Source: Selaginella moellendorffii
Lineage: Eukaryota; Plantae; Lycopodiophyta
Assembly: GCF_000143415.4 (NCBI RefSeq)
Contig: NW_003314331.1
Location: forward strand, 560,164-624,163
Reading direction: 5' to 3'
Length of the DNA stretch: 64,000 nucleotides
This document shows, one piece after another, positions 34,736-48,016 of the stretch. The notes below the pieces were generated by a model. It made no database searches and was not told where the DNA came from. It saw only the letters and a list, made by a program, of their open reading frames with translations. The stretch's first letter is position 1. The number at the start of each line of letters is the position of its first letter. Both the position numbers and the translations under genes were made by a program.

Positions 34736-34989
34736 CTTCCTCATCATCATAGTCATCATCACTCATGCTATATTAATCATTAAGATTTATATTCTGTTCA
34801 TTTGCCATCCCTAAAAAGAGAAATACTAATGAAATGAACAAAGAGCAAACCCTAGGCCAACCTTTAAAGCATTACAAGAATATTCTTGGAATATTTTTAT
34901 GGTTCATGTCAATTGAACTGGTATCTGAAACGTACTAGAAAGATATTTTTTGCAACAAATATCTCTGAGATGTCTTTGATAATACCATG

Positions 34990-37480
34990 AATCAGGTAGA
35001 ATTGTCAAAGCAAGCTATTTTATATCCACAGACTGGGATGACAATGCTGGAGCTTACGGCAATCAGTCAAAGCTCCGCAACTCAAAGAGGGCACAGAGTG
35101 CTAGAGTCTGCTACAAATTGTACAGCGATGAAGACTTTGACGACATGGCGTTGCTGAGGACATCTGAAATTTCCATTCTCACATGGGGATAGTTCTCAAG
35201 CTTCTGGCACTAGGCGCACAGGACGTGGAAAGCTTTGACTTCTTGGAGCCTCCCAGCATCAGCACTATCAGTCATGCAATGACGAGTTTGCAGCGGCTGG
35301 ATGATGAAGTGAAGAATTGGGAACTTTGATTAACACCAAGAACATTCTCGACGGTTGTGGTCTGTTCTCATTCCTTTGATATCATCTTCGACGACCATCT
35401 TCTTCCAAGCCGGCTCTGAAGAAGACAAGCTCCTGGCAGACCGTTGAAAACTCCGCTTCTGTCATTGGCATGGAGACCTCTTGGACGTGTACCAGCACAG
35501 AACAGCATCAACGCAAAGTCACTGAGGAGCTGCCAGCAACAGATAAGAGACCTGGAGTATGCATTGAATGTATGGACTCCTACAGATTGGTCATCGTCTG
35601 CTCAAAGTGACGAGACAATCAGGAAGATCGTCACGTCGGCTTTTATGGAGAACGTGGCTTCACAGAGCGGTCATATCAAACTTGGGGAACACTCTCATGG
35701 CTAGAGTTTGCGGCAAAAAACAGAGCGGACTAGCTTTGCTACAAAAGCAGCTCGAGGCTAAAGGTGGCAGCCAAACAAGGTCCAGGATTGAGAGCCGCAT
35801 GAACGAGCTGCACGTATATGCCAGGCAGCGTCTGGTGGTGGACTGTCATGGCAACTGTGGCGAGACAGAAGCACTGGCTTCAGAACGAGCGCATCGAAAC
35901 GAGTGCATCGAGAAGCAGCTGGGATTCCGTGACTCTGATTGTGTCTGGAGACAGTGTTTGACGAGTGCGGTGAAGGCATCTCCAGATTTTGGAGCGTCAC
36001 CTCAGACAAAGTGGGGTTTGGTCACAGCTTCTGCCCAACTTGTGCTGAAACTCGACACTTTCGAGGCCGGCGCGTTTGCTGCATCGTTGCCGTGATACTT
36101 TCAAGCACAGGAAAGTGATCTGCGGCTCATACGTCACGTGTAAAGTCAGCCAGCGCTCACAGCCCTGTGTGTTATCTCCGTCTTCACCAACTATGATCTA
36201 GATCCCGTGCAAGACTTGGAAGCTTTGAGTGGGAAGACGATGACGAAGCTTATCGTGATTCATGAGAAAGCTGCGGGTGAACGCTCTATAAGTGAGTACC
36301 AGCGGGTCCTGGAGACCAAGGTCCGGGAGTATGTTCCAGCAGACAGGTTTGAGGTCGAGGTGATTGGGAGGTTTGTCGGCCAAAGCTTGGTTCAAGTTCA
36401 ACGGGAATGATCATGAGGCTGAAATGCTCTTGCTGGCCTTGAGGGACGATTCTCGATGTCTGTGGGGAAACTCCACATGCAAAGCGGAGTTTCTCTTCCC
36501 GTCTACATTTTACTCTTGGCTGATATCGCCAAAGGAATGGAGCAGCTCAAGGCGGATAACACACTAGGTGCGACGTTGAAGGTATGCTACTCTTATTCAA
36601 TTTTAATTTTCCACTCGGAAACCACCGTGTGAAGGTATTTTCAAAGGCGTACGAGAAAGGTGTGGCTCGGTGCAAGGCAGAAGAACTGGTGGAAGGCTCT
36701 CCTCTCAAAGGGCCTGCTGGATAAAGCTGCAATGAAGATCCTGTCCGGTAAAGAAGATTGAAGAGGAAACCGGCCTTGGTTAGATGCAACCAGAAGATCT
36801 CTGAGCTCCTCTTGGGATGATGAGAGCTCTGATTGGGTCGACTTAGCTGGGCTGGAAAAATCAGTGGGAGCTGCAGTGAGCATGAACCACCGGTGGCATT
36901 CCTTGTGCGTGCATGGGGACGAGGAGTGCTTGGAGAAAGCAAAGCACGAATTGTCAGCATCTGGAAGAATGAAGTAATCCAGCAGTAGCAGTGGCAATAG
37001 ACGCAGCAAAGGATTGTTTGGTGTGTCTATGCCCAAATCGTCAACGAGAAGAAACTTGAGGCTTGAGGCCACAGCTTTTGCCGCGACTGCGTTGCTAACC
37101 AGCTTGGAACAGGGATGGACTTGCGCCACCGAAGGCTGCCAGGAGGTGTTCCCGTTGTCGACTTCGTGGCCTAGTTCATAGTGCAGCAGATGGACGAGCT
37201 ATGCAAAGCTTCCATGGGAGTTTTCGTGGCCTCGAGCAGGGGGAGCTACAGGTTTTGCCGACTGCCTCAAGAGCTCATTTTCTTCATCTTCGTTGATGAT
37301 ATTAGTCTGTGGCGCTTGAAACGCTCGGCTACGTACATACTCACGGAGGCTCGGACTGCGACTTACAGAAGATACAGGCAGAATCCAGATGCTTCCCTGA
37401 TCGAGTGGAGAGAGCTGTGGCTCTTGTCAAGAAGCAGTACATGTGCTGGGTTTTCTCAATTCGAAAGCAGCGAAGCCTGA
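34990..37480 (+). pseudogene. DEAH11/12-like RNA helicase-RBR ubiquitin ligase pseudogene (helicase C-terminus to IBR)
   Basis: Across frames: ISQSSA; CYKLYSDEDFDDM; NSINAKSLRSCQQQIRDLE; SAFMENVA; RING CLVCLC...LEA*GHSFCRDC; MDELCKASMGVFVASSRGSYRFC; YRRYRQNPDASLIEW. Many stops and frameshifts. Confidence 0.75.
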
Positions 37481-38744
37481 AGCTTGTATTGATCAATTAG
37501 CCATCGATTAAATTAAACCACTACAAGCCTATATACCTAGCCTCTCGTGGCGCCCTAGCCTCTGGTTCTCTCAGTGGGGAGGTTCAACAAGATAACAAGA
37601 TAATAAGCACCTTTGTCCGGGAAAAATCCCTCAAACCTCTAGGAAGCTTTCCTCTGGCTTCACTGATTGAGGAGGTTGCTTTCAATCTTCTACACATATA
37701 TATGGTAGATTATGATGTCATTCTGCCAATGCAGATGCCAAATGTGTCGAAGTAAAATGCACGTGCATTGGAACACATAATATGGCATTTTATTATCTAG
37801 CATTTTCGATTTATAAGTTATCTTTTAAGGAATGCTCTGCAAAATTATAGTTTTTATAAAATTCCAAGGGAGTTTACTTTTAAAAGGGACTCTTGCCCAT
37901 CTTATAGAATTGTCCACTAGAGTAATATATCCTTTTCAATAAAGCTACTTATAATGCCAAGGTCCAAAAGATTAAAAATGCATACCAAATGAAGATATGT
38001 GGGATTTTGAACACAAGGATCAAGTCTACAAAAAAATTATAATGACTTAACTCAAGACTCTCATAGAGAGTCATGTGGGTGTTCTTCAACTCCACGTCAT
38101 TGGGGCTCCTAAGCAACATATAGGCTAAGTTGAGACTCAGTTTGACAGCCTGTACATGGTTGATTATCATGGGTGAAGGTTGTTGCCTTTCTCCACAGAT
38201 CGGTGCCCAGGAAATCCCTCTCTTTGGGATGTGATGGACCACGGTGGATATTACAATTACACAGTTGCGATGAACAAGTTGGAAGCTTGCCATGTCTTCA
38301 AGCATCCTGCCTGCAGACAACAGTAGCCTAACAGCATTTATTAAGAGCATGCTCTCTCTCTACTGTCAAGAAACATCATAAAGTTAATGTTATCCTTAAG
38401 TAATTAGCAAGCGCCTCAGCAATACAGGTCTTGACAAGTTTGATCTTTTCACTTTCCATGGTATGGTTCTATTTCTAGTTCTGTCAGCAAAGTGCATCTA
38501 TCTCCAGGTCCAAAGGAATTCTAGCAACGTTTTGATGACTGCAAGCTTAAGGTGATAACATTTTCCTGTTGAGCTTCACAAAGTTTGGTAGCTTGAAGAC
38601 AATGGTCGTCAGGTACACAAGTTTCATGACCTTTGTCTGACATTTTTGTTTTCTTCCCTTCATCAGGAACTGAAAGGATCCAATGGCTACATGCAGAACT
38701 TGATGCTTATTCTTGAGATCAGCCAAGGACAATTAAGATTGTAT

Positions 38745-39465
38745 GCAAGCAAGGTAAGCAAGGATATGGTTTGATCTTTACTTGCTTTTGTTTGTAACAG
38801 GTACGAGATCATAGGACTTCATTGTCCCGGTGAGATTACTCATCAACCAATGCAGAAATTGTAAGCAGAGGGGTGATTGGGAAAGACACTACAAAGGGGT
38901 AAGAAAGCTCACTTATTTTCCAGATTTTACTTTTTATTTATTTCTTAAACCCAGAGTGGATCCTTTTGCTCATGAACAAAAGAAGTGCTACCTCTGCCTA
39001 GTGCAGGGGACACAATACTTACCACTGTTCAAGAGATCCCCTGCGAAATGAAGACTGGGAAGAGAGGACTTACACTGGACCAATGAAGAGAATTCATCTT
39101 TCGGTTTGTATCACTTTCTATCTCTGTTTCTTTATATGTTTATTTGTGTATGTTTTCAGGTGGGTTATATCGTTCAGGTAGCAGACTTCCCGCAATACCA
39201 TCCTCGTTTCTGAGTCAAACGGATTGAATACGAAAACCTCAAACGGATCTACAAAAAACATCTAGACTTGGGAATCATGATTGTGCATGAGCCACCTCGC
39301 CCTCTTGCATCTCAAATTTTGGAAGCTTTTCAGTGACTCCATGGATTTCTCATCACAGGCCTAGGCTTCAAGTTATACAAATCCAATGAAGAAATGCCAC
39401 CAGGGTATAACTGGTATGTAGCTGCAGATGAAGAATTGAAGAATGAAGTGGGAGTTTTAATAAAG
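38745..39465 (+). pseudogene. Two-CCHC zinc-knuckle gene, copy 3 (5'-truncated)
   Basis: CRNCKQRGDWERHY and CYLCLVQG... are collinear with the other copies. In-frame TGA near 39211. Confidence 0.8.
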
Positions 39466-39569
39466 TAGCCTTTCAAGGTATTTTGTGGTATAACTTTTTG
39501 AACCTCAAAGGGTTATTTTCTTAACCACATCTTAGTGAATAATCATGGTGATTTGCATGGTGGACAGAT

Positions 39570-40160
39570 CAACCCCTGAACCAATGGGAGGTTGCCAATT
39601 GCCGGTGAGAGAAGAAGGTGTTGTACATGTAATGTGTTGACCAAATTCTAGGGCATTGACACAACCTTTTGCATTCTGCCATAAAGTCAGTGGAGGTTTG
39701 CTGTGTCACTTGAGAGTGCTGAACCTTCTTCTCTAGGGTTCCAAAATGCCCGATCACAGATGCTAGATTTGCATCTCTTTGATTTTCTTGCTAGATTGCT
39801 TCTAGAGTGCCGTGATTCTTAGCTCCCCAATCTCTTTATTGCTACCAACATGCTCTCACAGGATTCTAGGGCATTCTCTAGTGGCATCAGGTGAAGTCAA
39901 GTGCCAAAATTAATGCACTGATATCTATTCTTGAGCAAATCAATGATATCAAGTTGATTAAGTTGGTAGTGTCTCCCGGTTCCCCACTATGCTCAAGCTC
40001 ATTGAGAGGCCACTCCAAAAGGCTGGTTTCAAGGTTGAGATTGGCATGAGCAGCAACACTCACTAATTGTTTTTCTCAGCCTCAAGGTTACTGGAGTGTG
40101 ATGGCATCCACAATGTTTTCATGATAGATCCTTGGTGGAATTTGTAGCCATGGTTTGAGT
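39570..40160 (+). pseudogene. SNF2/RAD5-HLTF-like helicase C-terminal fragment
   Basis: Across frames: SAKINALISILE; SRFPTMLKLIERPLQKAGFK; FLSLK; NVFMIDPWWN. Confidence 0.55.
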
Positions 40161-42249
40161 TCATGCTTGAGGTAAATTCCAAAGTTTAAAGTTTAAGAAA
40201 TGGTTATATAATTTGACTTCTAATCCTAAGCTCCAAACAAAGTGATAGGTTTAAAGTTCTTAAGAAATAAATTGGCTTTCTTTGTATGCAATCCTAAGCT
40301 CCAAACAAAGTGATAGCAAGATGTTCTTATGTTGATTGTCAAATTGCCCATACCAAATGAAGAATATCTTTAATCAGATGCTTAATTTAGGACCTCTTTA
40401 TAATGGCTACGGCATTTAGCAACTCTAATTTAGGGCTTGAAGACCAGTGATCAATCATTGTTAGACAATTTCTCTTCACAGCAACAAATTGAGCAAGTTC
40501 TAAATGATGTAGAGGTAGTGGTTCAAGTGAAAGTCTTAGTGCTTGATAAAATGGAATGCAATTAATTTCCTTTCCAAGAACTATATACCCTACACAGTTT
40601 AGTACTTCATGTATTCCAATTTAGGTTTTGCAAGCCTCTTGGCTGCTTTAGTAGATACTAGAATCCCATTGACTGGATTTCCTTTGTCTTTTAACTGTAT
40701 TTGTGCAGACATAGCAAATCTTATGGCATTTTATGAGGTAATCAATGCTTTATATATGTGTTTATAATGGGATTTTATAGTGATATAGACTTTGGCTTCC
40801 AGAATCTAAGAGTTTCCTCTAAGGAAATACAAGCTATTCTAACTTAGTTTTCAATGTAATAAAACTATAACAATAAAAAATAGTGTTTACTAACTAGGTG
40901 TAAAACATAAATCCTTAAGTCTTGAAATCAAGCCAAAGGCGTATTACATGGCAATGGCTAAAGTAAACGTTCAACAAATGTAACAGATTTGGATTAAAGT
41001 TTCAACTTGTGTCACTCCTCGCAATGACACATTAATGAAGTGGAGAATCATTGCCACCTAGCCTCGTCATTAGCCTCGTTGGTGACCTCTATTAGAACTT
41101 CTACCAACATCCTAACCCAAGGTTGCCTACAGGTTGGATAACTCACATAGATTCGTTGATCTTGAGGAATCTTCACTATGATGTGCTCCTCAAATGCTTG
41201 TAGTCGCCGCTGCAATACTAACCTCCACTTCACATGCTCTAAGGTTGTTACATGAGGCATCCTTCCAAGAAACTTTTTTTTTATTCCACTCCTTTCACTC
41301 TTATATACATGCTATACCTGGAAAATGGTCATTTGCCCTCTCGTCAACCTCTGGCACCAAGGGACACACCCCCTTTCCAACTGAATATTCCCTTATTCCC
41401 CCACTATAACCAAAAAAGAAGGAAAAACTCCTAACTTCAACCAAATCTTATTCTTAAGTTAGCTCTAGCCTTGACAACTTGAAAAATAGCAAGTAGGAGA
41501 GGAACTTCTAAATAAGCACTTGAGGAAAGAGCATAAAATGATCAATAAAAGTCTTTAGAAAGGAATAAAAAAATGATTAACACGTGGCAAGTGTTATGAG
41601 ATGAGGAAGTGTCAAGACTCAGATTAAAACCAAATCTAAGATCAAGTTTGAAACTGAGTTCTATATATCAAAGGGTAAAAGCCCAAAGTGATTGTCTCCT
41701 AAACCTTGGAGGGTTTGGTAAGTCTTTATAGGATAATAGGTAGAGGACTTCAAAAGAATTAATATGACTAAGGAAAGTTATACCCATATGGTGGTATAAA
41801 TAATCAAAGAGAATGATTTGAGAAATGATCCATAAAAGTTCAAATAGGGGCCTATGAATAATAATGCACTCCCTTTTCCAATTAGTTAAGGGTCTTGGGA
41901 TATTTGGGGTACATAAGTTTCTATATGTAAGTCCAAGATATAATATTTTATTTTTTAATAAAAAATTAATTCTTGTATTACAAAAATAAAGGTAAATTAT
42001 ATTTAAGAGGTTTTGTGCCAATAGTCTAAATACTTTAAATTCATATACTTTATTTTGAAGTAGTTTATATTTATGGCCAATATTTGGTGTGGATCTAAGT
42101 GAATATATAAATACTTATGGTCCAGATTGAAATTAATCTAACAAGTACCAAAATCCCAATATGTTAATATTAGTATTTGGCATTGTAGCCATACACTTGG
42201 ACCTCACATCATCTCCTCCTCTAGGAATGATGAAAGACCATCAAGATTT

Positions 42250-44330
42250 TTTTATAGATGGGCCAGGATTTTGAGGAACATCACAACGAGGCATTGATGA
42301 ATTTGTAGGTAGTGGTAGAGTATTATGAGCTTGGCACAAATATAACCACAAACATACCAGAAAACATCACATTGTATCTTCGGCCAATAAAAAGATTTAT
42401 ACAACTTCTCTATCACATGACAATGTCTTATATACCCATATAAAATAGGAGAATCATAGTAAGCATGGAGGAAGCATAGAATAAAAATTGAAAGCACCAC
42501 TAATCATAAATGATCATTAGGATTTGTCCTCACAAAATAAAGAAGATTATTTTTAAGCCGATATTAAGAATGTAAATGCCAAAATGACAAGTCATTAATA
42601 AGTAATATAGGATTCTTAAATCTATTGCAAAGCCTTTAAATCCATGGCTCAATCTTTTAAGCTTCGCAAACTTCATCAAGAGAAGGTAAATTTTGTTGTA
42701 CACTTTATGGATACTGACATCAAGTGCAACAACTGCCGATGACATAGAATCCTCATCAAAAAAATCCATAGATGCTGGAATAACAAATTCATAAAAAACA
42801 TAAGAAGAAAGTGAAGAAGGAAGAAGAGTTTGAAAAAGGGCATTAGCATCAGCCATAAAACTCCTTGAGTAATAAACAACATTAAAATTATATATTTGAA
42901 GCTTCAAAGCCCATTGAGCAGTACGACAAACTAAATTCTTCTATTTCAATAATGAAGTAACTACAACATAATCACCTTTTAGTAATGTTCGAGAACTATA
43001 TAGATATGTATGAAGTTTCTCAAAACCCCAAACTATTGCTAAACACTCCTTTTTTATCATGGAGAATTTCACCTCCATAAGTTTTAATGTACAACTGATA
43101 TATGTAATAGGATGGCACACTTAAGCTCTCTTACATTAACACACCTCCAAGACTGATATTAAAAGTATCCATATGTAAAATAAAAAGTTGAGTATAGTTA
43201 GGATACACCAAAATTGAAGGAGTCGTCAAAAGCTCTTTGAGATTCGTAAACACCGCTCACAGTTTGCAAACCAGATGAAGGATGATGTTGATGACTTCAG
43301 TAACACTCACAACGGTGTAGTGTGATCAGAAAGATGATCAACAAAACGATTAAGATACTGCACTTTCTCTATAAAACACTGCACATCATTTACACACTTT
43401 AGAGTAGGGAATTTTAGAATAGCCACAAGTTTGTCAAAATCAACTTGCAAACCCTCACAAGAAATACGGTACCCAAGATAACTTGTGTCTTTGGACCTAA
43501 ACACGCACTTAGACTACTTCAGCTTTAAACCCACTTCCCGTATCCGATCCAACACGTTATGAACATCATGAACGTGTTCTTCCCACGTCCCTCAAAGTAG
43601 ATTAAAACATTATTGATGAAGTCAGTAGTCATTTATAGCATATTGCAAAGAACCTCCTCCATTATGCGATGGAAAGTTACTAAGGTATTGTTCAAACCAA
43701 ATAGCATTACCAAGAACTCATATAAACAAAATAGTGTACACAAAATAGTTTTAGAAATATCTTCTTTGGCTATTGATACTTGCCAATATCTAACAACTTC
43801 TCCCTAGACAATCTAAAATATCAATAGTGTGAGGAAGAGGGTACACATCTGGGATTGTCATTTTATTTAATGGACGATAGTCGATGCAAAAACAAATATT
43901 CTCATTAAAATTTATCACAAAATAAAGTTCATATGCCCAAGGACTCCATGACTTTCAAATAACACCCTTTTCCAATATCTCTTTGATGTTTGCATATAAA
44001 ATTTTGATATCTTTGGGTGACTGACGACAAACTAGAATCTTGATTAGACAAGCATCCCCAGTTGATGAAAATATAAGAGGAAGTAATAAAGAGACAAAAG
44101 TGATGAAAACAAGGTAGAAGTAGAGGGATAAAGAAGTATAGAAGTGAAAGGAATGGAAGAAATATAAAGAAGTATAAGATCAGGAGGAGAAGCCTTAAAG
44201 TCACATTTGGCATGATTGTGCTATAACCATTCCATATCAAGGATGAGGTTAAAAGTTTGACTTAGCACTATTGCCTAAGTTTAAAGACAAGGATGAAAAC
44301 ATAGTCGTGGCCATGATATCCATTGTTGGA
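42250..44330 (-). mobile_element. Degenerate Ty3/Gypsy pol remnant (RT, RNase H, integrase zinc finger)
   Basis: FCIDYRPLNKMTIPDVYPLP; MLFGL; YLGYRISCEGLQVD; WALKLQIYNF...ADANA; LYKSFYWPKIQCDVFWYV. RT-RH-IN order. Heavily mutated; boundaries approximate. Confidence 0.8.
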
Positions 44331-44585
44331 CATATGATGAAGTTAGTCATATTTATCAGTGTTGTTAGCATTTTCCAGATTGGTGACCTCCATTTTCTTA
44401 AGTGGAGAACTTGGCATCAATAACGTCTTGTTGGTGCTACTGTAGTGGAAGATCTGAACAATGAGATGCATCTAGGAAAAGAGGAGTCACACGAATAATG
44501 GAAAGACCTTGCGTGAATAAGTCAATGACCCTTTTATCTTTCTTTTTAGAGTATTATTAAGGGTTCATTCGGCACTAGTTCTTTG

Positions 44586-44666
44586 CATACATATACATAC
44601 ATACATACATACATACATACACATACACATATATACATATATACATACATATACATACATACATAT

Positions 44667-44699
<33 letters not shown>

Positions 44700-44764
44700 T
44701 ATATATACATATATATACACATATATATACATATATATACACATATATATACATATATATATAC

Positions 44765-44845
<81 letters not shown>

Positions 44846-44883
44846 CATATATACATATACATACATATATACATATATACATG

Positions 44884-44934
<51 letters not shown>

Positions 44935-45070
44935 ATATGTATATATGTATGTATATATGTATATATGTATATATGTATACTTGTTTATATATATATACAT
45001 AAACCCTAAACCCTAAACCCTTACAAACCATATATATAAGGTTTGTAAATATATGTATGTATATATATGT
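44586..45070. repeat. Compound (CATA)/(TA)/(TATG) microsatellite with about 3 telomeric CCCTAAA units at 45000-45021
   Basis: Directly visible. Confidence 0.95.
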
Positions 45071-46423
45071 ATCACACTGACTAAGTAATACATTAATTTT
45101 AGTACTATACCATATGGACCATTCATTTGGGACTAAATTTAGTTCATCCATTTTTGTATATAACCAAAAGTTTAAACTCCAATTAATATATTTATTCTTA
45201 TATCCACATTAGTAGAGTTGAGGGGCATTGTAATTTGTCCCTGAAAGGCAAAGTTTTTTGGTAGTGCTTTGCTCTAGTGTTCAACCCCCCAGCACCAAAA
45301 GTTTGATCCAATAGAGCAACATTAACCACCTCAAATGACATACTTTTTGATTGATGATAGCATGGCATGGTAGAAGAAGAGAATGTGATGAAGATTAGAA
45401 GAAAGAGTAGATTTAAGCACAACAATAGCTAAAATTCTAGATTTTGTAAAAAATTAATATAAATCTAGATCTAAAAGAGAATGAAGGAATAAGAACAAAA
45501 AGCTTAATCTTTGATCATGTTGGTTGTGTGCTTATCCTTGATGTATTACTGTCTCCAACTTTTGTGGGATGTGATTACACAGCTTGTTTTGTTCTTGGTG
45601 TTTTGCTATCTCTTGTTGATGTGGAGCATGATTATGATATCAATTGAAAAGTTATAGATGATACAATTTAGTTTTTGGAGAATGTTCAAGGATTGAGTTT
45701 ATGGGAAGATAATGTGTATGAGGTTAAATGGATTCCAGATTGTTTTGACAAGCTTGATTATTATAGAAATAGTTGTGGAGATGAAATGAAGATTTTACAG
45801 GGTAAGTGTCAAACCTTTAATCTAATCCTTTCTCTTTACCTTTTGCTTTCTCCTAACCTTCTTATTTCTCAATTTGACCTTCTCATGTTTTTAATATTTT
45901 TTCCTCATTTGCAGTGTTTTCTTCTTCTGACATGTCAATCATTTGTGACTCTTATGATTCTCAATTTCAATCAAGTATTGAGTTAAGTGTTTTATGTCCT
46001 CTTCATACTAATCTGGATGTTGTGTATGTGCATGAATTTGAGAATTTTACTTTTGTTTCATTAGCAAAGTCTTTAATCAATTTTGGTGTTGAGTATTCCC
46101 CTATTCCAAAAGTTAAATCACTTTAGCCAGAGTTTCAATTTGAGTGCATGTCCTTAATTATAAGTGTTATTAAGAGCCTTTGTTTTACCATTGTTATTGA
46201 GGAGTTTATATATTCCCTTAAAAGTATAAATGTTATTATTAATTTTCCCATCTCAAGTGTTGAGTTGTGTGTTAAGAAGGTTGAGTAGTGTGAATCTTTT
46301 ACTTATATTGTGGTGGCCAAAGTATTTTTCCAAGCTTTAAGAACATATCTTTTTTTTATTTTCTTATTTATGCATTGCCAATTACTGTAAATTCCTCTTT
46401 TGATGCTTCTTTATCCACTTTTT

Positions 46424-46596
46424 ATGTATGTATATGTATGTATATGTATGTATATGTATATGTATGTATATGTATATGTATGTATATGTATATATGTATG
46501 TATATATATATGTATATGTATATATATGTATGTATATATGTATGTATATATATATGTATATATATATATATGTATGTATATATATATATATGTATG

Positions 46597-46656
<60 letters not shown>

Positions 46657-46683
46657 TGTATGTATATATATATATATATATAT
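46424..46683. repeat. Compound (TATG)/(TA) microsatellite
   Basis: Directly visible. Confidence 0.95.
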
Positions 46684-48016
46684 GCATTGAAAAAAATTTA
46701 TATTGAAAAGATGATTTTGTGAATCACACAACAATTCAAGCACATGTTTGTTTTAATTTCATATATCTTGCAAGCTTATACATTTTTTTTATTAGGCCAC
46801 CCACTCTAGATATGCCTCCTCTTGGGAGGTGTACCTCCCCCAAAACTTGCAATCACAAATTGTTTGTTATATATTATACATGTAAATGATAGATTAATTA
46901 TATAAATCTTATACAATCTAGTTAGACATATTTATTGTATAATTATTTATGTTATTGTGTAGCATATTCACAAAGGAAAATTACTTGGTCCTTAGGTTTG
47001 AATAATACTAGGCTAGGTGACCTCCTAGGAAGTCCAAATCGAGGATCTTACATTTGGTATTAAAGGAGTTTCGAGTTTGATTCTATTGGTTGGCAAAGGG
47101 AATTATACCATATGTTAAAATTTACATTTTTCAAGTTCAGTTTGCTTTGGCTAGGCTCAACCTAAGGGGTAGGGTGTCCCAAGAGCCCTGCTCTCTCTTT
47201 CGTTCACGAGGGCATAAACTTTGGTTTTCACTCTTTATTGTATGGTGATTTACTATAGGATAACCACAAAGTAGAATTTAAACCTTTCATATGCCATATG
47301 TTATATACCATATGCCACATGCCATATATTTAAAGGACAGTAGAGTGAAACATAAGTTTCATGGCCTTAGGCCACTGAATGAAAGAATAGAGCTAAACTC
47401 CTAAACATGGAGCTAAAGAGCGACGAAATTAGAGCATAGAGCAACTCCTAAGCATACAGCCCAAGGAGTGAAGGGACAAAGGCATGAAGTGACTTAAAAT
47501 AATCCTAGAGTATTTAGCATTTCAGTGCTAGGACTAACACATAAAATAGGAGCGAAATGGAGTGTAGCACTATTTGAACATATTAATGGCCTAACATGAC
47601 AATATAGATACTCCATTAACTAGCATGGTGTGGAACATAGGCTTAAGCCCAAACCAAACACAGAACAAAAATAAACATGCAAATAGGAACTATATTATGT
47701 TTTAGGTTGGTCAGCCATACCCATGAATAGGATTGATTTGTAACAGTAAAAGATTAATTATTAGGAAAATGTATTTAAAACCATATATATTTGCAAAATA
47801 TATTGTAAATTCAAATATATAAAAATCTATATATAGGTTCATAACAGGACAAAAAATTATTAAACTACATTTATAGCATGACCCAATTTAAAAAAACATT
47901 TCCAAAACCATAAAAGTGGCATATAGATTTTTCTTAGTGACAGCCACATAGTTTTGCAACTAGTGATCCATATTGACAAGCTAGCTGTGTTCTACAACCT
48001 CAGCGAGAAGCTCTCC

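Noticed and set aside
37181-37480. Apparent F-box-like motif RFCRLPQELIFFIF
   Set aside because: The context matches the IBR region of the DEAH11/12-like pseudogene, with a frameshift after RFC.
37900-38740. Possible protein kinase remnant (LWDVMDHGG, SNVLMT)
   Set aside because: Too degenerate; no HRD, DFG or APE motifs could be recovered.
40222-40316. Two exact 27-bp direct repeats (AATCCTAAGCTCCAAACAAAGTGATAG) separated by 41 bp, CRISPR-like spacing
   Set aside because: Only two units, in eukaryotic AT-rich decayed DNA, with no cas genes; a local duplication is sufficient.
44546-46743. Multiple YIYI/HTYI-rich ORFs on both strands
   Set aside because: Translation artefacts of (TA)/(CATA) microsatellites.
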